The translations under genes and the position numbers were made by a program. Under the pieces are notes generated by a model, which was not told the DNA's origin, ran no database searches, and saw only the letters and a list, made by a program, of their open reading frames with translations. Positions 41,643 to 55,265 of a DNA stretch of 64,000 nt are shown one piece after another (position 1 is the first letter of the stretch; every line of letters begins with the position of its first letter). The DNA comes from Tubiluchus corallicola (lineage: Eukaryota > Animalia > Priapulida): NCBI GenBank assembly GCA_030141605.1, contig JAQGDQ010000124.1:248001-312000 (forward strand). Direction: 5' to 3'.

Positions 41643-42599
41643 TAAAAAACTCTAAACTACCCCACGGAGTTTGACGAGGCTGTGGACAATGGTAAACTGT
41701 TAAGCGCAGTTGCAGAGCCATCACGCTATCCTAATGGGTCAGGTTTTGCCCCGACCGAAGTAATTGAAAAAGGTTAAAGTACTTCATAGAATGTGTTGAG
41801 GTGTGGGCTGTACACAAAGAACCTGAAATTGGCGGTTGTTAAGAAAAACAGAAAGCCAAGCGTTTGCATATCTGTGTACAGCCACCATTATTGAGTTCTG
41901 ATCACCCGTATAGACACCTACCGGCATTTCTGGAGATTTAGAAAAATAGCTTGATACTACACAAACTGGCCTTAGTGATGTTAGCATGACTTATTGTACA
42001 CAGTGCTACTTGATAAATTTTGCCATGACTCCAATATCACGACAGTCGAATGTCCCAGCACACCTAGTCATAGGTCCGCCTTTTGAACAATACTTGCTTG
42101 AAGAGACACAATCGTTTGAAAGGTATCGGTTATGTTTAAGAACTAAAAAAACAGTTAGTTGTTCAAGATCAACACGCTGGCAGGTTGTTAAAAATCAAAA
42201 GAAAAGGTGAACATTTTTACAGAACCAACTGCCACATGACTGACATACAAAACACTCTTCTTGTTATTGTTAACACGTCGTGAACTTCGATCCAGAAAGT
42301 ATTTTAAGCAATGCAATCTTTCAGCTCAATAGGTCCATTTATCCCTTTGCCCTTAGACTATAGGTGTTAAGTGATGCAATCCTTCAGCTTATTAGGTCCA
42401 TTAATCTCTTGGCCCTCGTGCAGTCACCCTACTATTGGTGGCCTTCCCAGCTCAGTAGCAATTTTGTGATAGACATAAATAACTCAGCAGTTCAGCCCCG
42501 ATGGTGCCTTGATTACTTACCATTTAGGACATGGCCCAGTAGTAGCAGCATCGTCTTGGCTACCGAAGTTAAGATGTCACTTAGGCTGGTCAGTGAATA

Positions 42600-43072
42600 A
42601 ATAGGTGAAATTTAAAAAAAACTGACTATAAAATATAAAGTTAACCTACACTACCGCTGAACAGAAATTTTCTGTTCATTCACTTGAAAATTATGACGTT
42701 AACTGGTGGACTTTGTAACTTTTCGAGAAAACATCGTGGCTTTCCGTAAGCGCGCACTGCTTGAACTAATTCAAGCTTCTGCAGCTTACCTAATGTTCAT
42801 GGAAAAAATTCACAAGAGATCAGCTACCCAACTTGTTGCAAAAATTTTTTATACTTTTGACTGAACTGAGAGTGCGCTGCTTTTCTTCAGCCAATGAACG
42901 ACGTCGTTGGTAGAGAATAGGTGCTCAAAATGGAAGCGCTAAGCGGGAAATGGAGTTAAAGTGATTTTATTAATCACACGATGTGCTTAACACACTTTTA
43001 TTTACTAATCCTTCTAACATTTTTCGCGAACATTGAAATAAGCTTAATTTCTCAGAAAGCTTTACCTTTCCT
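42600..43072. mobile_element. Second, inverted copy of the Kolobok-like family
   Basis: Shares blocks with 36345-36765 in reverse; right end CTTTCCT|TTAA. Confidence 0.5.
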
Positions 43073-43342
43073 TTAAATTTCTTTTGGAAACAAAATCGAA
43101 AACAGTTAAAGAATAGAGTCTGTCTTTTAGTGACTGTCAGTCGCTTATTTTGCATAACTGTTTCTGTCAAAAAATGCCAGTAAGACACAGTCTGCAAATT
43201 AACGTGTTTCGTTCTTGTTCCTTGTTAAAAACATGAAAACTTTTAGAGCCATAAGCACTCATTGTTGAACCGAGGATATCTCCATGGTATTTTGAATAGG
43301 ATGTCACAATTTACATTCACTCCGTGTTTGTCATTGTACCAA

Positions 43343-43404
43343 ACAGGCCGGGACGAGTGCAATATTTGGGCAGCTGAACAACATTGACACACATTCAGGC
43401 CTGT
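43343..43404 (-). ncRNA. mir-92: pre-miR-92 family hairpin, proximal copy; mature 3p UAUUGCACUCGUCCCGGCCUGU (43364-43343)
   Basis: Mature arm is miR-92-like. The 5p arm AGGCCUGAAUGUGUGUCAAUG (43402-43382) pairs with it, with flanking AUUGUAC/GUACAAU lower stem. It shares GUGUGUCAAU with the 5p arm of the other copy. Confidence 0.92.
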
Positions 43405-43579
43405 ACAATACTGACATCTACATCTTCCCTGCCTTCGATGCGTTGGCTTCCAGTATTCTTTCCAGTCTGACGCTTCTATATAACAAACTGAAAATAAAGT
43501 AATCAGTTTTTATATTTCAATAAATGTAATAAGATGTGTAATTCTTTAGTGGTCAAAAACTGGGCATGATGTGTGTGTG

Positions 43580-43830
43580 ACACTCAAGCAGCACCAGCCC
43601 TGGTTAGTAAATGTGTGGATGACTGGCGAACTGATTCTGGCAGCAGGGCTATGACACTCAGCCGGTTCACTGTCTCGTCTTAGACGGAAAATACACTACC
43701 TGTCCTGGACTTTTTAGATCCAGGTTTAACGTAAACAGTCACAAAGACCACCACGGGTATTGGACGTTCAAACGACTGCTTCCCGTATGGGTCTCAAATG
43801 ATATACATAACCAGGATCCCGATTTATTTT
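43580..43830 (+). mobile_element. Possible 5S rRNA-derived SINE
   Basis: TCAAGCAGCACCAGCCCTGGTTAGTAAATGTGTGGATGACTGG resembles the 5S internal control region (AAGCAGGGTCGGGCCTGGTTAGTACTTGGATGGGAGACCG). An unrelated body and an AT-rich tail follow. Confidence 0.35.
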
Positions 43831-44134
43831 GTAATGCTACTAGAACATATGCCTTTGAATACATACCTTTTCATTGCTCGTGGGAGCCCTGACTGTATAT
43901 TTTCAGTGACAGAGAGGCAAAATAAGTTCATAAATTTACATGTAGTGTGAACGGGGTAAACGTGCACGGAAGTGGGAAATGGATTAAGAGGATCTAGGAG
44001 GCGTCCAGCATCTTCTCCGTAGTGTAAAATATTCATAACTCTACTTTTGCAAGAAAATTACAACTACGCATACAATATAATGGTTAAAATTTTTAATAAG
44101 GATAAATAATTGGCAAAACCTCTAAAGCCCAAAC

Positions 44135-45082
44135 CAGTGACGTAACCAGAGCTTGTAGCGCCCGTGGCGGTACTTGAGTTTGACGCCGCGAATTCAAATC
44201 CTTATGTAGAAAGATCTTAGATTCGTAAAATTTAAGTGTTACCTCGCAGTTGCGATAATTTGCGTAGCTAAAAAGATAAAGTAAAAAGTACTGCAGTAGA
44301 ACATCGATTATTCGGTTCTGAGACAAAGTCCACATAACCAGACTTACCTATTTTAACTTATTCAAGGGCTTGCGGCTTGCAACATCTATTTATGAAGGAC
44401 TTGGCATATCGTCAGCTTTGAATCTCAAACTAGTTGAAAGTTACTGCTTTAATGGCTTCATTTGCCAACAGCTATGAACGCTAGGGTATATAGTTAATGT
44501 TACAATTACCACACACTTCGTAATTAGGGCGTTCTTTGAATTTCTGAAAAGGTAAAACGGTTCTTTTACAAAACAACAGAAGCAAGAGAAGTGAGCATGC
44601 GCAGAACACCTCAATATAGTCTTATAGTTTTAAGGTTGAAATGGATAAAAATTGTGAATTGCAGTTTTTGTTATTTACTCCGGATAACCCTATACTCCGG
44701 ATAATCGGTGTTCGAATAATCGAGGTCCTACTGTACTGAAAAAATGGTTTCTGAAAAAATAAATTCACCTTACATGCTTCAAAAGTTAAATTGCTCAAAA
44801 GCTTCTCCAAATGTTAGCATCAGAAAGAGCGTGATTATCAAATTTAAATGTATTTCAAAGTGAAGGCAAAACGTGTACTGCACAGCAACTTTGAAGGCAA
44901 AGCTTGTTACATATATTAAGTTACTAATTATCATCTTTCTTTGTCTCAATTGGCAGGAGGCGCAGTGTTTTCATGGAAAATTAAAGTGTCAGGCGTTTTG
45001 CCTTTCTACCGTTCCGACGCAATCAACTTCTCGATCAAAGTGCTGCCGGGGCGGCCGTCCCCTCCCCTTAGCTATGGCACTG
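44135..45082. mobile_element. Old hAT-like element
   Basis: Ends CAGTGACGTAAC / GCTATGGCACTG; flanks GCCCAAAC / GTCTAAAT differ only by C-T transitions. Confidence 0.45.
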
Positions 45083-45557
45083 GTCTAAATTTTTATTCTT
45101 AGATTCATATGACTTTAGCAGCAGTGGCAGCCTGGCACTGAGTAGGCCTACACAATACACATTTGTGAAAACAAAATTTATAGATTTATTAATTTATAGA
45201 TCTTGTGATCATGTGATAATTATTACTCGGTTAGTTTATTTCAATTAATATTTTTAAAAGGTGCCATTTTTAAATATCTGCTTCAAAACTGGAACAGAAA
45301 ATCGTGTTAGTGCGGGGGGCAGGAGGAGGGAGTAACTGGCAGATCTATGCAAATCTCATAGCAGAAAACCGCAAAAGCGTCAGTCCAGGTGTTACCGTCA
45401 CCTGAATAATAACTGCAGATTAATTTCCTAATTTACAGTTTCGTTGTGAAGTAAAGTGGGCTTTCGATTTTTGCCCGCATTGTGTAGAATATCTGGGAAA
45501 ATCCATTTCTTTACAATACACGTATGGGTGGTATGTGGTAAAATACCACAGTCATTC

Positions 45558-45820
45558 AAGACCATAATAATGTCTATAAAGCAGTCTTTCCAGCCATACA
45601 AGGGGGCTTTAACCTTTTAAGGTCAAAGCGGGATCAAGTGAACCCAATTCTGCTCCCAAAAGTAAGGATATGAGGTTGTGTTTAGTGCAGTGGTTTTTAT
45701 ACAGTTCCTGATTACATTTCTTCCGTTGCCTTGGTTTTACTTTATCCCGTTTTGACTTTAAACGGTTAAAGCCGCCTTGTATGGCTGGAAAGATTGCTTT
45801 ATAGACATTATTATGGTCTT
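45558..45820. repeat. Long inverted repeat / fold-back MITE (about 85-bp arms)
   Basis: AAGACCATAATAATGTCTATAAAGCAGTCTTTCCAGCCATACAAGG... versus ...CCTTGTATGGCTGGAAAGATTGCTTTATAGACATTATTATGGTCTT. Confidence 0.85.
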
Positions 45821-48800
45821 TCCCAGTTTACAGCTCATCCTCCGACTGTGACTCCTCACAGCCAAAAATATTTTCTTTTAAGATCCCTGTCTGGCGGGCC
45901 AAGTGCTTCCTGTTCTGAGAATTGCTGGTGCAGTGAAATTATGTAAGCTTAAGTTTAGTTAGGCTATTTACGTTTTAATTAATTTTGGTCGAGAACAAGA
46001 TAAATAAAGCACCAGCCTTTGGGATTTATTATCAGTTGAAACTAGGTGATTACATTTCAAAATAAATGTGGTTGTCATCATAATATAGAAGAATAAAATA
46101 GTGTTTGTGTTGATTTTAAACAGGTTGCTTAGCTTAAGAGTTTCTGTTAGTAGGCTATAATACTAAGTTTATTAATAAAACTAGCACTAAAAAAACTTAT
46201 CTATCTGCATCTAAACCTGTCTGCCTTGCGTAATGATAATATTTCTTTAAGTCAATTAACACTTTATGCAGTAGATAACAACAATTTTGTTATACAGTAT
46301 TATGAACACTATGAAAGGGCTATATGGTTTTAATGTAGATATATTACTCGGCATGTCTGTCGCACATGTACGAAATCCGAGCAAATTATCTGCGGAATCA
46401 AGAAAACTTGACTTCGGGAATGGGAGAATTAACTGCGACTTTATTATTTGAATTTGAAATGTGATGTCCCGACGAATAAAATTTGGTAGGCACAATCTAC
46501 AGTACAACACTCTGAATTCGGCACTAAAGCCACAGAGAATCAGAGTTACATCTCTATTTGCTCAAAACCTGTTAGGCGCGGTTCGACCAACATTACCGCC
46601 AATTTTTTTGACCTTTGTCCAAAGCCCTTAAACTTTACTGGGACGGTAAATATGTGCACCTGTCACAAGCCTATAATAATAACACTCTATAAGTACTCTT
46701 TTATCAATGGTATAATTTTAGTAAGCCTTTGATGTCAATGTGCCAAATTAGTAATCTTCGTACAGACCTGTGTGCTATTGGTACACATTTCCACAGATGA
46801 ATTAGAAAATAATTTGAGTAATGGACACATACAAATACAGTAATTAGAATAATGAAGGCATTATACATAACATATTTATCAAAATGCAACTTGAACTTCA
46901 GTAACATACATTGAAAAAATGCCAATTTGCGCTCACAGTGAGAGAATAAAGTTCTGGAACGGTCGTATTTAATAGCTACGGAACATTAGTTTCAAAAAAA
47001 TCAACTCAACTGCATGAAATAAAAAAGCGAGAGAAAATGAATTTTAAGTTTGAGTTTAATACGTATAGTATAAAATATGAAACCAGGATAAAACGTATAT
47101 ACAGCGCAGATATAAATTTTACAGGTAAAAATAGCTAGTTAAAAGATTACGGATAAAAGCACAAAGAGCCAAGGCTGCTACGTTTGTTAAAAAATAAATG
47201 ATTATTAAGATTTACATCTTTTGAACGCATTTTTAAAATCTGCTGTTTTTGTGTATTTGACGAAGTTCTAGTGGCTCAAGTCTGGGACTCAGGGTATGAC
47301 AAACTGCCAATATTGCATCCAACAAATAATCTGCGAGTAAAATACCGCTGAACACTAGAGCAGCCACAAAGAGCTCATAATTTAATGTAGGCCTACTGCT
47401 TACACAAGTATAACGCAAGGTGTGAGAATTGCGCCTAATCAAAAGTCGCTAACACGGTTCTAGGCCTAATCATAAATGCATGCAATAGACTGTACCTAAG
47501 CAAAGTTATGTGGTCGCCGCCCCCGCCCAGCACCAGCGGCTAAACATCAAACAGTACGCGTAGCTACACGTAATACCTAGTCAAATATCGTGTTATCATA
47601 TTCTGGCAACTAGTAGAGAGTTGATGAGTTGACGACAGAGGTAATGTACTAGGTGTGTAGGGAAATGCAATTATGCAAAAGGGAAAGTTTGAAAAGTCAC
47701 AAATACATCACTTAAAAGACAATGGCCAAATTCGCTGAACGAGTGTAAATAGTTCACGATATGGCTCTGTATAGATTTTTGACATTATAAGCCTTTCCAG
47801 ACGTCGTCAGCAGCATAACTGTGAAAAAAATCTAAAAACAAGAAAAACTTACATAACTATTTTCGACATAAATACAAACAACCTAGTATCCTGAATAAAA
47901 ACACTACCCTAATTAAAATACACAAAATCACTGTAACCCAAAGAATGCTGAATTAAAATTATACTTAATTACATTATTATAACCTTAAATAAATTATGTA
48001 GTACGTACATGTATTCAGTATTTTAAGTGATACAATGATATGTTGCATTTTTATTCACCAATTAATAGTACGTGTATACTCAGTAATTTAATCAATCACA
48101 CGTTACCTGTTAACAAAATTAATCCCCACACATCACTGTAGAAGCATTGGACAACACACTTCATTCAGTAATCGGTCGCCTTGTCTACCAAGCTAAGACG
48201 TGAATCCAATCACGCGTCACGGCTAGTCATGATAGCCAGACGATGTGAATCATGTGATCAAGAGCTTGAATTCTTGAACCACAAAGCTATCCTTCGCTAG
48301 CATTATGGTTAAATGCGAAAAAATAACTAACTTCGTAACAAACAAGTGAATTCAATTTACAGGCACGACACTTGTTTTTTAAACTACTTGTATTGATTTC
48401 ACATTGTCCTCGATAATTAAAACTTCCTTACTGTAAAGTCAATTTAAACTGCATTCAACATGATTAAAGGAAGACAGGATGATTTTTCGTAAACTACCCC
48501 ATTTTCAAGTCTGACAAAAAGTATACATTTTAACACAATTAATACTGCAAAACCGTTTCTCATTATTAAATAATAGACGAAAAACTTAATTAACGGCGGC
48601 CGGGCCCAATTATTGATGATATAACAAACTAACATAATTTTCAACAGCAAAAATATTCCACGAGCGTGTTGCACGTGTTTGCGCAAGCGAAAATTGAAAT
48701 GCAGTACTACTGTAAGGTATTCAGTGTGTTGTAGTAAAGATAGGCAAGTTTTAAGACAAAAATAAAATTTCAGATTTACTACTGTGCTCACGCATGAGCT

Positions 48801-51526
48801 GTCGAACGTGTGTAGTTTGTCACAAACTAACACATCTGAACTGAGAAGTACAGCACCCGTTTTTCGTGCAACGCTTTCCGAAATGCAGGCGCTAGTGCCA
48901 GTCTAACAAGTGAATGGCGAAATGCATGTAACAGCGAAGAACTAGTGGCGCGAATGCGAAATTGTGTTTGTGTGGTATTAATTCTTTTGCGTAAGTCATT
49001 TTTCAAAAAAATAGAATGTTTCCTGTCAATATTTTAAAGAGTAGATTGTTTTGACCTACAGTTTAAGATTGGGTCCGGCTTTGCTTTAACCTTAAGAATA
49101 ATCACTCTGATTGCGAGAAAGAATTATTCTAATGCAATGTTATAATCCCTGGCGGATCAAAGCTATTTGTAAGGCTTTTATGGTTTTTCGTGGACAAAGG
49201 TAAAACAATTTTTAACCACAAACTAAATTTGAACTAAATTTCTCGAATTAATTAAGTCACGTTATGTAACACTTTGCCTATAGGGATTAATTGAAAATTT
49301 TTGATCATGGGACTGGTCCAAGTCACGTGCTTGAAAATGCAAGAACAAAGCCCAAGGACAAGAACATGGTTTTACAATAAACCATAAAGCTTAGGGAGAT
49401 ATGGTGACTGTGCGTTTGACCTCAGGGAATGGCGGTCAAATGTCCTCACAATGGAAAATAAGCACAAAATGCAAAATTTAAATGCGTTGCTCCCACGATG
49501 TGGCAACTTTCATTTCAGCATTTCAAATTTACATTACTGAAGCTGTATACCCTGTCTTTACAAATCTGCAATTCGAACCTTTTTAGAGTACTGGAATCTG
49601 GATGGGTCTGATTTTGGTTAACCTGAACACAATTTACTCATTGAAGATCACCTGCTTCTTTAACCCTCTGTTATTGCTAATACTAATCAAGATGCTTTAA
49701 AGACTCCTCATTACGTGTGCCTAAAACCCTGACAGTTGGTCCGCAAGGTATTCCTTTTTCTGCTGCTCCAGGATTACCCAGGACAGTCCTAGATATCGAA
49801 CATCTGCCTAACATCCAGTTTTTTGGTTGGGTTTTTATCTGTGAATTTTCCTACTGGAACATATTTCCCCGAAAGCCTAGACGTTGTTGACGTCAAAAAA
49901 AGAATATCAATAGGTACCTCCTACCACTAGATATATGATTTCTGTTTCTTCGGACGTGTTACTCATTTTTCACCTTTCCACTCAAACTCTTCAACTCGGC
50001 TAACCATTGACCTTGTTCGAGGCCACGTGTAAAAATACAATTGCCAACGAGGCTTTCAACTACGTAAACAACTTTTACTGGAAACCTTTTAAGTGTCAAG
50101 TAAAACTCAAAAATCCCTAGATCATGACCGAGTTGAAGTGTCACCCAAATACGACTTATCCCTCAAAATAGTTGTTGCTTGGTTGATGAATAAATTAGTA
50201 CACTTGATCCAAGCCGAGCCAACGGCCTCAATGGGCTTCCTGTGGCGGCTTAGAAGTTTAGTAACATCAGACCGATTGCACATCACAGACAATTACGTAA
50301 ACTTTATTCCCATCCATTATCATCCAATCTGCTTTGTACAGAAAGATTCCCTGTTTGACCTAGCTTGATGCTTGATTTAAGCTATGAACTGTTGTCTCTT
50401 CATAACTATAAATATAAAACTATGATGTAATTTATGCAAGTAGGCGAGTATAAAGGGGGATTATCAACTTACTACACACCCAAGAATTAACAGTGCCTTA
50501 TAGTTCACACACCCAGGCGATTAACCTTCTTGCATGATGAGTAATATAATGGTATACCTTCCAACGTTTTGAGATGAAAAAGAGGCCTATATATCAGTGC
50601 TGGAGCAGCGAGTTCAAGGCTTAAAAAAACTTTTGTTTTTTTTTTAAATTCTAGGTGAAAGGAGACCTAGCCTAGCAATTAGGCCCCAGTCTTTCTACAC
50701 TTACGTAAGTTAAAACGCCATTTTCATTCGTGTGCACTGGGCAGTTAATCAGAGAAAAATGCTTATCACTTGAAACCTAATTTTCTGACAGATCTGAAAG
50801 AATTTTTTCAGCGCGCTAGTGTTAGTAACACTGTGCTTTGAATTGAATGCGTGATGAGTTTTATCAAAGTTATTCAAAAGATTAGTAAATGTAATATCCA
50901 TAGAAGCTAGCAGTTGCCAGGCAATTGCCAGTCGGATACTCAGGTGTTAATGAATTTCCGGCTCAGTTTCCGGTTTACAAGTGCCCTGCCCAGGTGTAGC
51001 ACCACCAAACAATAAGCATAGTAATGTTGCCTTTGCCATTGTGTAAGCCTTCCATAGATTCATGATTCATTCGGTCAATTCTACTATCAAGTTTAATGCA
51101 CTCACCAGTGTTAAACACTCACAGCACGTACTCTTACAAAAAGGGGGAAAATTATGCCGATAAACGCTCCATTGACAAAGTAAATGAATTAGCGAAAACA
51201 GGTTTACAGGAGAAAAATCGTCGTAACGAATAATGAACATTTTTATTGTATGCTACCCAATCAAACTTTAGTAATTATTGACAATGACACTATAGCGTAT
51301 AAATCAAAAGTCGACAACGTTTCAAGACAAGTTAACACAATTAACAAAAGACAACAACCACCGCAGATTGATTTCCAGATCGTTTAGAGTGAAAATAAAA
51401 ACAGGTCAATATACTGAGTGCGTAAGCCGGTAGCGGTGAAAAAATGGTTTAAACTTGACCAGTTGATGTTGAAGTAAACGCAGAAACATCGCATGGCAGT
51501 AGCCCAGTAGATTAGGTGCTTATTAT

Positions 51527-51902
51527 CAGGACTGGATTATGATCTTTTGGGGGCGTCTAGGTTAATGAAATCATGGGGCCCCCTCAGACGGAGCCACCCT
51601 CTGACTCGCCCGCACCCGTATTGAATATTTTAAGGGGTAATATATTTTAGCGACATTTACATAGTTTAAAGTAAACTTATTGCATATTTTTAAAATAAAC
51701 TAGAATAGCTGGCAGTAGTCTCTTGTTTGTAGATAGGCATTTTCTTTAGAAAATACTATTATTTTAGTATTTATCACAAACTAAATTAACACATATTTCA
51801 CACAACCTTAGTGAAAAAGCAGATTTTTTTTACCAAATGTTACCAAAGCTTGAGGGGCCCTGGGCTACAGTCTGATCTAGCCTATAGAAAAACCCGGCCC
51901 TT
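51527..51902. mobile_element. hAT MITE
   Basis: CAGGACTGGATT ... AACCCGGCCCTT ends, GGGGCCC subterminal motifs and perfect TSD CTTATTAT. Confidence 0.75.
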
Positions 51903-54787
51903 CTTATTATCAAAAAATGTTTAACAACAATAATAGTCTGATACGACATGATATTTGGCCACTGCGTATCCAGAAACAGGGAGCCAAGACATTTATCAAC
52001 TACCAGGAAGATTTTGTACTAGGTTTCCGGTCTTGCCTGTTCTTATTTGATAAGATGACAAGGTGAATAAGTTATACCGTGTCTATGAAGATGGTAGTTT
52101 TATGGGAGTATCGCTTGAGGAACATTTCTTACGAATGGGAGACATGTTGGACGCCCGCGGGACGAGATCAATAGCCCATTAAAATTTCTTGAGAATTTCC
52201 ATTGTTAGTATTAAAAATGATTTATAGCGTTTATCAAGAACGAGAACAATAACAGCATCACGACGATACAGACCTCTTTATAGGTTACTTCGTGACCGAG
52301 AAACCAAAAACAACGCTAAATTTAATCAATATTAATGATAACAACGGAAGTGAATGACCATAACGAGACATAGCATCGGATTTATTGTTCGAGTTACGGG
52401 GGCATTTTCGGCGATTTGGACCAAAAATTGGAACAATGTATAACAACAGGCTATATTTTACAATATGTAGGCTGTACAGCGTGGGTCTGTTGGATACTGT
52501 ATGTTACTATATCCCATGGCCCAACTAATTATGGTCACGATGAAAGACACCATCAGAAATTTCGAAAGGATATTTGTGTAGCTATTATGAGGCTTATTTT
52601 TCTCCCCTATCATTTTCTCTGCTATCATATTGGAAAACTAATGAGATCTTAAATGGCTGTGGTCCAGCAAATCATAAATTCATTTTATTAGATGACCTAT
52701 TATGTAACTATAATTGTATTTGTGAATGGATGTCACGTTAATTGGCTATTTGTTGTACAATGTTTCCGGCTCGCCCAATCGCCCTAATAATTAATTGCAA
52801 CTGTTAATGAGAAAACCTGACGTCTTCAAAAACCGGACTGAGAGAGTGAGTAGGCAGCCGTAGGGTTTAGTAATACAATACTTTCTTCTCTTTGACTATA
52901 TAGCATACGATGCACTTTACTATCTTCCTGTGAGTAGACGACGCCACAAATAGTTTGCACAAATTATCATGTCAAAGGGTTTAAAGCACATGTGCTACCA
53001 TCTGTATGAAAAGTCATATTACTCAAAGTTTGTTCTCGAGGTATACCGATAACTAACATTATACTATTATTTTTTTAATGTTATACAACAGACTCAGCCA
53101 AAATTATTCAAAAATAATTTGGTCAGTGTTACGTATGCCATGATTTAGAGCATTAATATCATCACCCATTGGGAACTGGGCATGCTGACATGATAAAGAT
53201 TTTATGATACGCCATAAAATATAACTTAAATAGCCCTGCCTGATTAGTGATAAGTGTTTGAAATTTCCTATACGAATATTCTGTATTATAATCACGTATA
53301 GAATTTATTACGCAGAATGATTCAAAATTTCAATGAATAAGACAGAATGCTTAAAAACTACTGTGAGGTTCAACATTTTTTATTATTTTGAGTGGCAACT
53401 CCATTCGTATTAGTCACAAGTCTAACTATTTACTGCAACTGCGACCTAGGTTACATCATGTTAATAAAATATTTTCTGCTACATTGTAGATTTTTTGCCA
53501 TGAAATCAAAATTGCAGTTTTTCATATTTTGGCTGGTTTTATACGTATAAAAATTTAGTTTTGCCGTGATCTTGTAAATAATACAGCTGATTTTGCCGGT
53601 CACATTTACTTTACGTAACACAGAGATTTATAGCTAAACTGCAATTCGACAGAATTCGCAATCACAGTAAACCGGTACGTAAGAAAATGTCATGAAAACA
53701 AAAACCACCAAAATTAACCTTAAATTCAATGCTTTTCTGCAAACTCTTACCATTCCTCAAAATCCTGACGTAAAACTGGTTTCTATTAGCACAATCTCAC
53801 AGCAATGCTAACACACGTTCACACACCTGGTCACCACATAAGGAAGTTACTACACCGGTCCTTTTCACTGCAGTATTACCTGTCTGAATTGTTATGACTA
53901 ATAGCTTGCGCGGCGTGCCTACTGAACCTTAAACTTGAACATACCTGCTTACCTGTCGCAACCACAAAGAAATGTAACACAATCGTGCGCAAACCAGATC
54001 TAAAACAGATTAAAGGTGGCTTTAAAAACTTCAAGCTGAGGATTTTAGAAATTTTTGAGAGCAATTTGGCCGAAGGTACATAATTATGAGACAATAAAAA
54101 CTCGTTCTTTGTAATAGGTTCATGTACGATGCCTTAATTTAATGACGGACAGTAACACTAAATGTAAATTGAGTCTCAAAAATTCCAATGCTTCGCAAGT
54201 TGCATTTTCATACGAAATAATCCTTAGGAAGGAGAAAGGATAAATGTAAAGAATCAACTTACCTGGAAAATTATCTTAGTAGTTTAAGAAATTACCTTAT
54301 TTGTTCAAACTTCAAGCTTCGAGAAAATCTCGTCTTATTTTCAAAAGCTGAACAGCTGTAAATAAATGTAGTAAACTTCTTCCTCAAATATGAATGGATC
54401 AAACTTGAAACCAATGCCAAAACTACTAGACCACAGCCGTTTAAGATCAAAAAAAGTCTTCATACGTTTCTGTTAACTCACTAATCAATCAAGCATTTTC
54501 ATCTGCTAGTTTATTCACGCTAGAAATCAGTTTAAAGAAAAGTTGTATGCATTTCAAAATGCATTTTGCTAATTGCCTGTTTCGCTATTGGTATCAGTGC
54601 ATCACTGCCTAAAATATCACCTCTGGCGGGTACATAAACCTCTGCCCCGACATGAACGCACCTGTATTTTTTAAATGGCACATTTAAGTTTTTAATTTTT
54701 TCCTGGTGACCAAAATTCCTACTATGGTACACAGTTTTGGCCCACTGGGGAACATGTCTTCTGGAGTTTTTTTTACAGTTTATGGCC

Positions 54788-55265
54788 TTACTGAAATCCA
54801 GATAGTAACCCTAATATCCAATTTACCTTACCGTATCATAAAAAGAAAACAGTGATAGTGCATAACACACACATTTACTAACTTACTAAAATCCAGACAG
54901 TAACCCTAATATCCAATTTACCTTACCGTATCATAAAAAAGAAAGCAGCGATGGTGTATAACACACACATTTACTAAATTACTAAAATCCAGACAGTAAC
55001 CCTAATATCCAATTTACCTGACCGTATCATAAAAAGAAAACAGTGATGGCGTATAACACACACATTTACTAACTTACTAAAATCCAGACAGTAACCCTAA
55101 TATCCAATTTACCTTACCGTATCATAAAAAGAAAACAGTGATAGTGTATAACACACACATTTACTAACTTACTAAAATCCAGACAGTAACCCTAATATCC
55201 AATTTACCTTACCGTATCATAAAAAGAAAACAGTGATAGTGTATAACACACACATTTACTAACTT
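54788..55265. repeat. Tandem array, 5 copies of a 95-96 bp unit
   Basis: ATCCAG recurs at 54796, 54891, 54987, 55082 and 55177. Units are near-identical along their whole length. Confidence 0.93.

Noticed and set aside
52150-52175. GGGACGAGATCAATA resembles the reverse complement of miR-92 (third copy)
   Set aside because: The seed is altered (AUUGAUC) and there is no complementary 5p arm at the expected distance.
49560-52330. GC-richer patches that look like decayed coding sequence
   Set aside because: The frames I translated are interrupted by stops, the ORF track shows nothing longer than about 90 aa here, and there is no recognisable motif.
54788-55265. Regularly spaced repeats as a CRISPR array
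   Set aside because: Units are identical along their entire length with no unique spacers, there are no cas genes, and the context is eukaryotic.
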